Positions 43,657 to 51,126 of a stretch of DNA of 64,000 nucleotides are shown one piece after another. A program made the position numbers and the translations under genes. The DNA lies in NCBI GenBank assembly GCA_964440815.1, contig CAYTYU010000001.1, forward strand, positions 5,646 through 69,645, read 5' to 3'. The DNA is from an uncultured Chitinophaga sp. Lineage in GTDB: Bacteria; Planctomycetota; Phycisphaerae; Phycisphaerales; SM1A02. The notes below the pieces were generated by a model. It worked only from the letters and a program-made list of their open reading frames with translations, ran no database searches and was not told the DNA's origin. Positions within the stretch are counted from its first letter, which is position 1. Every line of letters begins with the position of its first letter.

Positions 43657-45647
43657 CGTCCGCGAGCGCCGCCGGCCGTCACGACATGGTGCGCCGCCAG
43701 GTGGTGGCGCGCGGCGTGGTGGATCCGCGCGTGGTGGCGGCGATGGACGCGGTGCCGCGCGAGGATTTCGTCGGCGACCGCTACCGCGCCATGGCGTACG
43801 AGGATGTCCCGCTGCCGATCGAGGACGGGCAGACGATCTCCCAGCCCTACATCGTGGCGCTGATGGCGGAGGCGGCACGGCTCTCTCCGGGCGACCGCGT
43901 GCTGGAGGTGGGCGCCGGGTCGGGCTACGCCAGCGCAGTGCTGTCGCTCCTCTGCAGCGAGGTGGTCGCCGTCGAGCGCCACCCCCGGCTTGCGGAGATC
44001 TCGCGGGAGCGCCTGCAGCGCCTCGGGTTCCGCAACGTCACCGTGCTGCAGGGCGACGGATCGATCGGGGTCCCGACGCGTGCGCCCTTCGACGCGATCG
44101 TGGTCTCGGCCGGCGGGCCCGACGTGCCGCCGAGCCTGCTCACGCAGCTGGCGCCGGGCGGTCGGCTGGTGATCCCGGTCGGGCGCGACCCGCAGGGGCA
44201 GGAGCTGGTGCGCATCGTCCGCGGGCTGGACGGGAGCCTGGAGCGCGAGTCGCTCGGCGCCGTGCGCTTCGTGCCGCTCGTCGGCGCGCAGGGATGGTCG
44301 GCGGGGCCGGCCGTGCCGGTGCGACGCAAGCGCAGCTCGCGCGGCTCCGACGCCCGGGCCGAGGTGGCCTCCGGCGCGATCGCGGTGGCCTGCGAGCCGT
44401 TCAAGGACATCGAGTCCGCGGACCTCGGGCGGCTGCTGGCGCGCATCGGTTCCGCGCGCGTCGTGCTGATCGGCGAGTCGACGCACGGGACCAGCGACTT
44501 CTACCGGCTGCGCGCCCGGATCACGCGCGAGCTGATCGAGAAGCGCGGCTTCCGCGTGGTGGCGCTCGAGGCCGACTGGCCGGATGCCGCGGTGCTCGAC
44601 CGCCACGCCCGGGGCGAGGGCGCGGAGGCGGAGCGCGGTGCCGCGTTCGCGCGGTTTCCCTCGTGGATGTGGCGCAACCGAGAGACCGCCGAGTTCATCG
44701 ACTGGCTCCGTGGGCGCCACCGCGACTCCTCGGTGCCACGGGTGCGCGTCTGCGGACTGGACATCTACGCGATGGACCGTTCGATCGCGGCGGTGCTCGC
44801 CTTCCTGGACCGCAGCGACCCCGCCGCCGCCGCGCGGGCCCGCCGCCGCTACGGGTGCCTGTCCCCCTGGGCCGACGACCCCGCCCGCTACGGCCGCGCG
44901 GTGGTGTCGGGGACGCTGGAGGGCTGCGAGCAGGATGCGGTCGCGATGCTCGGTGAGATGCTGCGCACGCGCGTCGCCGCGGCGGCGAGCGACGACCTCT
45001 TCGATGCGCAGCGCAACGCGGCGCTGGTGCGGTCCGCCGAGGCGTACTACCGAGCGATGTACCTCGGGTCCCGCGAGTCGTGGAACCTGCGCGACTCGCA
45101 CATGTTCGAGACGCTGCAGGCGGTCATGGATCGGGGCGGCCCTGGATGCCGCGCGGTCGTGTGGGCGCACAACTCGCACGTCGGCGACGCCACCGCCACC
45201 GAGATGGGCTCGCGCGGGGAGACGAGCCTCGGGGCGCTCGCCCGCTCGGCGTTCGGCGACGGCGCATACCTGATCGGCATGGGCACCGACCGCGGCACGG
45301 TCGCGGCCGCGCTCGAGTGGGACGGGCCGATGGCCGTGCGGGACCTGCGCCACTCGCATCCGGAGAGCTACGAACGGGCGTGCGCGCTGTCCGGCATCCC
45401 GCGGTTCCTGCTGCCGATGCGCGGCCTGGGCCGCGACGCGGTGCGCGAGGCGCTTGCCGAGCCGATGCTCGAGCGCGCGGTCGGCGTCATCTACCGCGCC
45501 GATACGGAGCTTGCGAGCCACTACTTCGCCGCGTCGCTTCCCGCGCAGTTCGACGAGTGGGCTTGGTTCGCCGAGACCCACGCGGTGGATGCGACGGCCG
45601 GGGCGACCCATGACCGGGATCCCGGCACGTACCCGTTCGGGCTGTGA
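43653..45647 (+). CDS. fusion protein: protein-L-isoaspartate O-methyltransferase plus erythromycin-esterase-family domain
   Basis: Start MTSASAAGRHDM within ORF 43359..45647. The PIMT motifs are GQTISQPYIVALM and VLEVGAGSGYASAVL. After a basic linker come the Ere-family motifs VVLIGESTHGTSDFY and VVWAHNSHVGDA. Confidence 0.85.
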   Translation: MTSASAAGRHDMVRRQVVARGVVDPRVVAAMDAVPREDFVGDRYRAMAYEDVPLPIEDGQTISQPYIVALMAEAARLSPGDRVLEVGAGSGYASAVLSLLCSEVVAVERHPRLAEISRERLQRLGFRNVTVLQGDGSIGVPTRAPFDAIVVSAGGPDVPPSLLTQLAPGGRLVIPVGRDPQGQELVRIVRGLDGSLERESLGAVRFVPLVGAQGWSAGPAVPVRRKRSSRGSDARAEVASGAIAVACEPFKDIESADLGRLLARIGSARVVLIGESTHGTSDFYRLRARITRELIEKRGFRVVALEADWPDAAVLDRHARGEGAEAERGAAFARFPSWMWRNRETAEFIDWLRGRHRDSSVPRVRVCGLDIYAMDRSIAAVLAFLDRSDPAAAARARRRYGCLSPWADDPARYGRAVVSGTLEGCEQDAVAMLGEMLRTRVAAAASDDLFDAQRNAALVRSAEAYYRAMYLGSRESWNLRDSHMFETLQAVMDRGGPGCRAVVWAHNSHVGDATATEMGSRGETSLGALARSAFGDGAYLIGMGTDRGTVAAALEWDGPMAVRDLRHSHPESYERACALSGIPRFLLPMRGLGRDAVREALAEPMLERAVGVIYRADTELASHYFAASLPAQFDEWAWFAETHAVDATAGATHDRDPGTYPFGL

Positions 45648-45793
45648 TCCGCGGAACGCGGAAAGGTCCCGCGCGCCCGGCGCTTCCATCCGGCCGGTGC
45701 GTTCCATACGGTGCAGTGCATGCGCGGATCGGCCGTCGTCCGGCCGGCGCGGCATGCGAACCGGGCCCACGGGCCCCGAACCAAGGAGGAGCC

Positions 45794-46480
45794 ATGACCA
45801 TCACCGCCAGGCCCATGGTGAAGTCGGACGCGCGCATCCGCGCGGACATCATGTCGGAGATCGAGTGGGATCCGTTCATCCGCGACGTGCCGTGCAAGGT
45901 TGCGGTCGAGAACGGGGCGGTCACGGTGACCGGACAGGCCCCGTCCCTCGCCGCGCGCGTGTCGGTGGTCGACGCGGCGCACCGCGTCCAGGGCGTGCTC
46001 GACGTGGTGGACGAGATGACCGTCGCCCCGACGCCCGAGTCGCTGCGGAGCGACGTCGACGTGGCGCGTGCCGTGCGCGACTGCCTGCAGTGGGACGCCT
46101 ACCTGCCCGACGAGCGCATCTCGTGCACGGTCTCGGCGGGGACGGTGACCCTGCGCGGAAGCGTCGATACCTGGGCCCAGCGCGGAGACGCCGAGCGCAC
46201 GGTTCAGCGGCTGTCCGGCGTGCGCCAGTTGGTCAACCGCCTGACGGTCGAGTCGAAGTCGGTCGACCCGGCCGCGATCCGCCTGCAGATCGAGCGCGCG
46301 CTGGAGCGCCGCGCCGAGCGCGAGGCGCGCCGGATCAACGTCGCGGTGAAGGACGGCGTGGTCACGCTCTCGGGATCGGTCCAGTCGTGGGCCGAGCGCA
46401 ACGCCGTCGAACGCGTCGCCGGGTGCGCCTCGGGCGTCACCGGCATCGACGACCGCATCGTGGTCGACCCGTACTCGTGA
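45794..46480 (+). CDS. BON domain-containing protein (three BON repeats, OsmY-like)
   Basis: AAGGAGGAG SD. The BON pattern occurs three times, for example VAVENGAVTVTGQAPSLAARVSVVDAAHRVQGVLDVVDEMTV and VAVKDGVVTLSGSVQSWAERNAVERVAGCASGVTGIDDRIVV. Confidence 0.8.
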   Translation: MTITARPMVKSDARIRADIMSEIEWDPFIRDVPCKVAVENGAVTVTGQAPSLAARVSVVDAAHRVQGVLDVVDEMTVAPTPESLRSDVDVARAVRDCLQWDAYLPDERISCTVSAGTVTLRGSVDTWAQRGDAERTVQRLSGVRQLVNRLTVESKSVDPAAIRLQIERALERRAEREARRINVAVKDGVVTLSGSVQSWAERNAVERVAGCASGVTGIDDRIVVDPYS

Positions 46481-46494
46481 GGCGTCCGCTGCCT

Positions 46495-46535
46495 CGTTCC
46501 CCTGACGCACCCCGTTCACGTTCCCCACGTTCCCA
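46495..46535 (+). repeat. four CGTTC(A/C) motifs, three of them tandem, immediately 5' of the Hsp20 SD
   Basis: Read directly: cgttcccc(46495) ...cgttca cgttcccca cgttccca(46513..46535) aggag acgcc ATG. Confidence 0.6.
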
Positions 46536-46545
46536 AGGAGACGCC

Positions 46546-47034
46546 ATGTCCCTCAGCCTGATCCCGCGCCGCCTCAACTCCGATTCCCCGCTCGGCCGCT
46601 TCCGCGACGAGATGGAGCGCACCCTGGAGACCTTCCTCGGCGAGCCGATCGTCGAGCCCAAGCTGTTCCGCACCCAGGGCTGGATGCCCGTCGTCGACGT
46701 CAGCGAGTCCGACGACGAGTTCACCGTCCGCGCCGAGGTCCCCGGGATCCCCGAGGACCAGGTGGAAGTGGCGATGATCGGAAATTCGCTCGTCATCTCG
46801 GGCGAGAAGCGGTCCGACGACGAGGAGCGCGGCGCCGACTGGTACCGCTGCGAGCGCCGCTTCGGCTCGTTCCGGCGCGTGATCGACCTGCCGGCGACGG
46901 TGGATCCCGATTCCGCGAAGGCGGGCCTCTCCGACGGCGTCGTCACGGTTCGCATCCCCAAGCGCCCGGAGGTGAAGCCGCGCCAGGTGCCGCTCAGCCT
47001 CGCGGGCACCGGGGGCAAGCCGCGCGGCAAGTGA
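46546..47034 (+). CDS. Hsp20/alpha-crystallin family small heat-shock protein
   Basis: AAGGAG SD. The alpha-crystallin domain reads PVVDVSESDDEFTVRAEVPGI...ISGEKR...ERRFGSFRRVIDLP...DGVVTVRIPKRP. Confidence 0.9.
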   Translation: MSLSLIPRRLNSDSPLGRFRDEMERTLETFLGEPIVEPKLFRTQGWMPVVDVSESDDEFTVRAEVPGIPEDQVEVAMIGNSLVISGEKRSDDEERGADWYRCERRFGSFRRVIDLPATVDPDSAKAGLSDGVVTVRIPKRPEVKPRQVPLSLAGTGGKPRGK

Positions 47035-47152
47035 GCCGAGCCGCGGGGACAGGCGCTCGCGGGCTGGAGCATGCCGATATCCTTCCCGGATGCACAGTCA
47101 CGCTGCGGCTCCGGCCATCGGACGGCCAGCCCGCGACGCCTTTCCCGCGCGC

Positions 47153-47896
47153 ATGCCCCACACGGACGTCACCAGCGAGGTCATCGTCCCGCTCTACCGC
47201 GAGCGGTCGATGGTCGGGGAGGTGCACGCCGCGATGGCGGCATTCGTGTGCCGCCACCCGGGCTGGGCGGTGCGGTTCGTGGACGACGGGAGCCCCGACG
47301 GCACGGCCGATGCGCTGCGTGCGCTGCTTGCCTCCGACGATGCGTGCGGTCGCCTGACGCTCGACGCGCTGGCCCGCAACGTGGGCAAGGCCGATGCGGT
47401 GTCCCACGGCATCGAGGGGTCCTCGGCGCCGCTCGTCTACTTCATGGACGGCGACCTGGCCTACGACCCCGAGCTGCTGGTCGAGCTCGAGCGTGCGCTC
47501 GGCCATGCGGACGTGGCGATCGGCTCGCGCGGGATCGCCGATGGCGACCGCAAGGCCGGCGTCCTGCGCCGCGTCATGGGCGAGGGATACAACCTGCTGG
47601 TGCGCACCATCCTGGGCCTGCGCTTCCGCGACACGCAGGCGGGCATCAAGGGCTTCCGGCTCGATGCCGCGCGCCAGCTGTTCGCGCGCCGCACGAGCCG
47701 CGGCTTCGGATTCGACGCCGAGCTCCTCTTCATCGCCAAGCGCCGGCGGCTCACGGTGGCCGAGGTGCCGGTGCGCGTGAATCCGTCGCACGACGCCGGC
47801 GGATCCAACGTGCGCCTCCTGCGCGACCCGCTGCGCATGCTCGTGAGCCTGCTGCGCATCCGCGTCGACGCCATCCTCGGCCGCTACCGCGACTGA
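47153..47896 (+). CDS. family 2 glycosyltransferase (polyprenyl-phosphate sugar synthase-like, DPM1/ArnC-type)
   Basis: Motifs SEVIVPLYRE, FVDDGSPDGT, YFMDGDLAYDP, DTQAGIKGF and GFGFDAELL. Start ATG 47153 is preferred over 47090. Confidence 0.8.
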   Translation: MPHTDVTSEVIVPLYRERSMVGEVHAAMAAFVCRHPGWAVRFVDDGSPDGTADALRALLASDDACGRLTLDALARNVGKADAVSHGIEGSSAPLVYFMDGDLAYDPELLVELERALGHADVAIGSRGIADGDRKAGVLRRVMGEGYNLLVRTILGLRFRDTQAGIKGFRLDAARQLFARRTSRGFGFDAELLFIAKRRRLTVAEVPVRVNPSHDAGGSNVRLLRDPLRMLVSLLRIRVDAILGRYRD

Positions 47897-47897
47897 C

Positions 47898-48680
47898 GTG
47901 GCGCGGACCGAGCCCGCCATCCTGCTCAGCTTCGACGTCGAGGAGTTCGACGCGCCCCTCGCCTACGGCCGGTCGATGGGCATGGCCGAGCAGATGGAGC
48001 TCGGCGGCCGGGGGCAGGAACGCGTGCTGGACATGCTCGACGCGCTCGGCGTGCCGGCCACCATGTTCACCACGGCGAGCTTCGCGACCTGGCATCCGCC
48101 GCTCCACCGCCGCGCCGCGGCCGGCCACGAGATCGCCAGCCACGGCCGCGTGCACCTCACCTTCGAGGACGCCGACCTGGCCGCCAGCCGCGCGGTGCTG
48201 CGCGAGACCAGCGGACAGGAGGTGCTCGGGTTCCGCCGGCCGCGGCTGCAGCCGACCGACCCGGGCGCGATCCGCGCCGCGGGATACCGGTGGGACAGCT
48301 CGGAGAACCCGATCTTCCTGCCCGGCCGCTACAACAACCTCGGGCGCCCGCGCGTCCCGTACCTGAAGGGCGACCTGCTGGAGGTGCCGATCTCGGCCAC
48401 GCCGAGACTGCGCCTGCCGCTCTTCTGGCTGGCCTGGAAGAACCTGCCCATGGCGGTGGTGCGCGACGCGAGCGCGCGGTGCCTCGATGCCGACGGGCTG
48501 CTCAACGTCTTCTGGCACCCCTGGGAGTTCATCGACCTCTCGCGGAGCGGCCTGCCGCGCTACATGCGCAGGGTGGACGGCGATCGCGCGTGCGACCGCC
48601 TCGCGCAGTACGTGGACTGGCTGCGTGGCCGCGGGCGGTTCGCGACCTTCACCGACTGGTACCGCGCGCGCGCGGCGTGA
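47898..48680 (+). CDS. polysaccharide deacetylase (NodB/CE4) family protein
   Basis: GTG start 1 nt after the preceding stop. Motifs LLSFDVEEFD (Asp-Asp-type motif 1), HEIASHGRVH (His-His motif) and LGFRRP. Confidence 0.8.
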   Translation: MARTEPAILLSFDVEEFDAPLAYGRSMGMAEQMELGGRGQERVLDMLDALGVPATMFTTASFATWHPPLHRRAAAGHEIASHGRVHLTFEDADLAASRAVLRETSGQEVLGFRRPRLQPTDPGAIRAAGYRWDSSENPIFLPGRYNNLGRPRVPYLKGDLLEVPISATPRLRLPLFWLAWKNLPMAVVRDASARCLDADGLLNVFWHPWEFIDLSRSGLPRYMRRVDGDRACDRLAQYVDWLRGRGRFATFTDWYRARAA

Positions 48681-48689
48681 TGCGTGCGC

Positions 48690-50978
48690 TCAGCGGCGGG
48701 TCCCCGCGGCGACGGCCGGGGGCGCGACCTGCGCGGCCACCGACGCCCCGTCGAGGAACTCCACGCGGCCGGTGGCGACGTCGTACATGGCGCCCACGAT
48801 GGCGATCTCGCCGTTGGCGACCATCGACGCGAGCGTCGGGCTGTTGTCGACGATCCACTTCATCATGTTGCGCACGTTGATCGCGGCCACGCGGTCGACG
48901 AACTCGGGGTTCGAGGCGTCGCGGCGGTCCTTCGTCAGGCGCTCCATGTGCACGGCCTCGGAGATCGGCTGGGTGATCGACCCGAGGTTCGTCAGGCCGG
49001 TCTCCTTCACCGGGTCCACGCCGCGGGCGACGAAGTCGCACGTGGCCTTCACCGCGCCGCAGCGGGTGTGGCCGAGCACCAGGATGAGCTTCGCGCCCGC
49101 CACGCGGCAGGCGAACTCCAGGCTGCCGAGGGCCTTGGGGCTCGCGACGTTGCCGGCGAGGCGCACGCTGAAGATGTCGCCGATCCCCAGGTCGAAGAGG
49201 AGCTCGGCGGGGGCGCGCGAGTCGATGCAGCTCAGCACCGCGGCCATCGGGTGCTGGCCCGCGGCGGTGGCATCCACCTGCCGCACGAGGTCGCGCTGCA
49301 GCCGGCGGCCCGACGAGAAGCGCTCGTTGCCCTCCCTGAGGAGCGCGAGCACCTTGCCCGGCGTGAGCGCCGCCTGCACCTCGCGGGTGCTGACGTCGAC
49401 GTACTGCACGGTGTCCTTCAGCGGGTAGCGGTCCTGGAAGCCGAGCAGGCTCAGCCTCACGCCGCGGGCGGGGGCCGTCTCCCTGGCGTATTCGTGGATC
49501 GTCGTGAGGATGTCCGGGTCGACGAAGTCGCAGGTGCGCGCGTCGATCAGCACGTGGTCCCCGGGCTGGAACTCCCCGAGCGTCAGGTTCAGGCGCGCGC
49601 GGTTCAGGAAGGTCGACTGGCTCGGCAGCTCGATGCGGTGCACGAGGCCGCCCACGTGGTCCTCCTTGATCACGCGGATGCCGCGGTCGATGTTGCTCCA
49701 CATGATGAAGGCCAGGCTGGTGCCCAGGCCGATGAGCACGCCCACCAGGAGGTCGGTGAAGACGATCGCCAGCACCGTGACCGCGAAGGGGATGAACTGC
49801 GCCTTGCCCTCGGCCCACATCGACCGGACGAGCTTCGGGCTTGCCAGCTTGAATCCGGTCACCACCAGCACGGCCGCCAGCGCGGAGAGCGGGATGCGGT
49901 TGAGGAGCCCGGGGAGCAGCGCCACGCTCCCGAGCAGCAGCACGCCGTGGAAGATCGCCGAGCGCTTGGTGCGCGATCCGGCGTTCACGTTCACGGAGCT
50001 GCGGATGATCACCGAGGTCATCGGCAGGCCGCCGACCATGCCGGCGGCCATGTTGCCCACACCCTGCGCCAGAAGCTCGCGGTTCTGCGGCGTCCAGCGG
50101 CGCTGGGGGTCGAGGCGGTCGGTCGCCTCGATGTTGAGGAGGGTCTCGAGCGACGCGACGATCGCGAGGGTCACGGCGGCCAGGTAGATCGCCGGGTCCG
50201 CGGCGCGCGAGAAGTCGGGCATGCGCAGCAGGTCGCCCCAGGCAAAGCCCTCGCCGCCGATCACCGGCACCGACACGAGGTGCGAGGCATCGATGGCCCA
50301 GGCAGACCCGTTCGAGCGCATCAGCTCGCTCATCAGCGTGCCGGCCACCACCGCCACCAGCGGCCCCGGCACCACCGACTGCTTGAGGAACTTGATCCGG
50401 TCCCACGCCATCAGGAGAAGGAGCGAGGCCGCACCGACCGCGAGCGCGCCCGGCACGAACGCCCGGGCCGCCTCGACGAGGTCCGTGAAGGTGTTGCCGC
50501 CGGTGGCGCTGGCGAAGCTCATCTCGCCCTCGTAGTCCTTGTCGTAGCCGACGAGGTGCGGCACCTGCTTCAGGATCAGCAGCACGCCGATGGCGGCGAG
50601 CAGGCCCTTGATCACGTTGGTGGGGAAGTAGTTGGCGAGGAAGCCGGCCTTGAACGCGCCGAAGGCCACCTGCAGGCCGCCGGCGATGAGCACGGCCAGC
50701 AGGAACGCCTCGAAGGAGCCGAGCGAGGTGATCTGCGCCAGCACCACCGCGGCCAGGCCGGCCGCCGGGCCGCTCACGCTGACGTGCGAGCCGCTCAGGA
50801 TGCCCACCACGATGCCGCCGATGACGCCCGAGATGAGGCCGGAGAGGAGCGGCGCGCCCGAGGCGAGCGCGATGCCCAGGCAGAGCGGCAGCGCAACGAG
50901 GAACACGACGAGGCCGGCGACCATGTCGCGGGCGAAGTCATTGCCGGAGGGCTGGGCGGGGAGGGCGGCGGTCTTCAT
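48690..50978 (-). CDS. SulP-family anion transporter fused to STAS domain and beta-class carbonic anhydrase
   Basis: Start MKTAALPAQPSGNDFARDMVAG within ORF 48690..51035. The SulP N-terminus is VVFLVALPLCLGIALASGAP. The C-terminal beta-CA motifs are LSCIDSRAPAE and VLGHTRCGAVKA. Confidence 0.85.
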   Translation of the reverse strand: MKTAALPAQPSGNDFARDMVAGLVVFLVALPLCLGIALASGAPLLSGLISGVIGGIVVGILSGSHVSVSGPAAGLAAVVLAQITSLGSFEAFLLAVLIAGGLQVAFGAFKAGFLANYFPTNVIKGLLAAIGVLLILKQVPHLVGYDKDYEGEMSFASATGGNTFTDLVEAARAFVPGALAVGAASLLLLMAWDRIKFLKQSVVPGPLVAVVAGTLMSELMRSNGSAWAIDASHLVSVPVIGGEGFAWGDLLRMPDFSRAADPAIYLAAVTLAIVASLETLLNIEATDRLDPQRRWTPQNRELLAQGVGNMAAGMVGGLPMTSVIIRSSVNVNAGSRTKRSAIFHGVLLLGSVALLPGLLNRIPLSALAAVLVVTGFKLASPKLVRSMWAEGKAQFIPFAVTVLAIVFTDLLVGVLIGLGTSLAFIMWSNIDRGIRVIKEDHVGGLVHRIELPSQSTFLNRARLNLTLGEFQPGDHVLIDARTCDFVDPDILTTIHEYARETAPARGVRLSLLGFQDRYPLKDTVQYVDVSTREVQAALTPGKVLALLREGNERFSSGRRLQRDLVRQVDATAAGQHPMAAVLSCIDSRAPAELLFDLGIGDIFSVRLAGNVASPKALGSLEFACRVAGAKLILVLGHTRCGAVKATCDFVARGVDPVKETGLTNLGSITQPISEAVHMERLTKDRRDASNPEFVDRVAAINVRNMMKWIVDNSPTLASMVANGEIAIVGAMYDVATGRVEFLDGASVAAQVAPPAVAAGTRR

Positions 50979-51126
50979 GTGGGGATCTTCGTCGATGGTG
51001 GCCGCACGCGCGCGGAGCCCGGAATATACGACCAAGGTTTCGTGATTCTATACTCGTAAATTTGTCCGGAAACCACTCCGGCCGGGCCGATCCGGCCCGT
51101 TGAAACCCTAGGATTGCAAGGCTCCG

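Noticed and set aside
46495-46535. Sigma-32-type heat-shock promoter (CCTGAC-N16-CCCCACGT) for the Hsp20 gene.
   Set aside because: The -10-like element ends about 5 nt before the SD, so the transcript would start inside or after the SD. The match to CTTGAA is weak.
35982-48680. A complete arn (lipid A aminoarabinose) locus.
   Set aside because: The ArnT-like gene is 10 kb from the GT2/deacetylase pair, with unrelated genes between. There are no arnA/arnB homologues, and the GT2 lacks the ArnC membrane anchor. I kept it only as a low-interest note.
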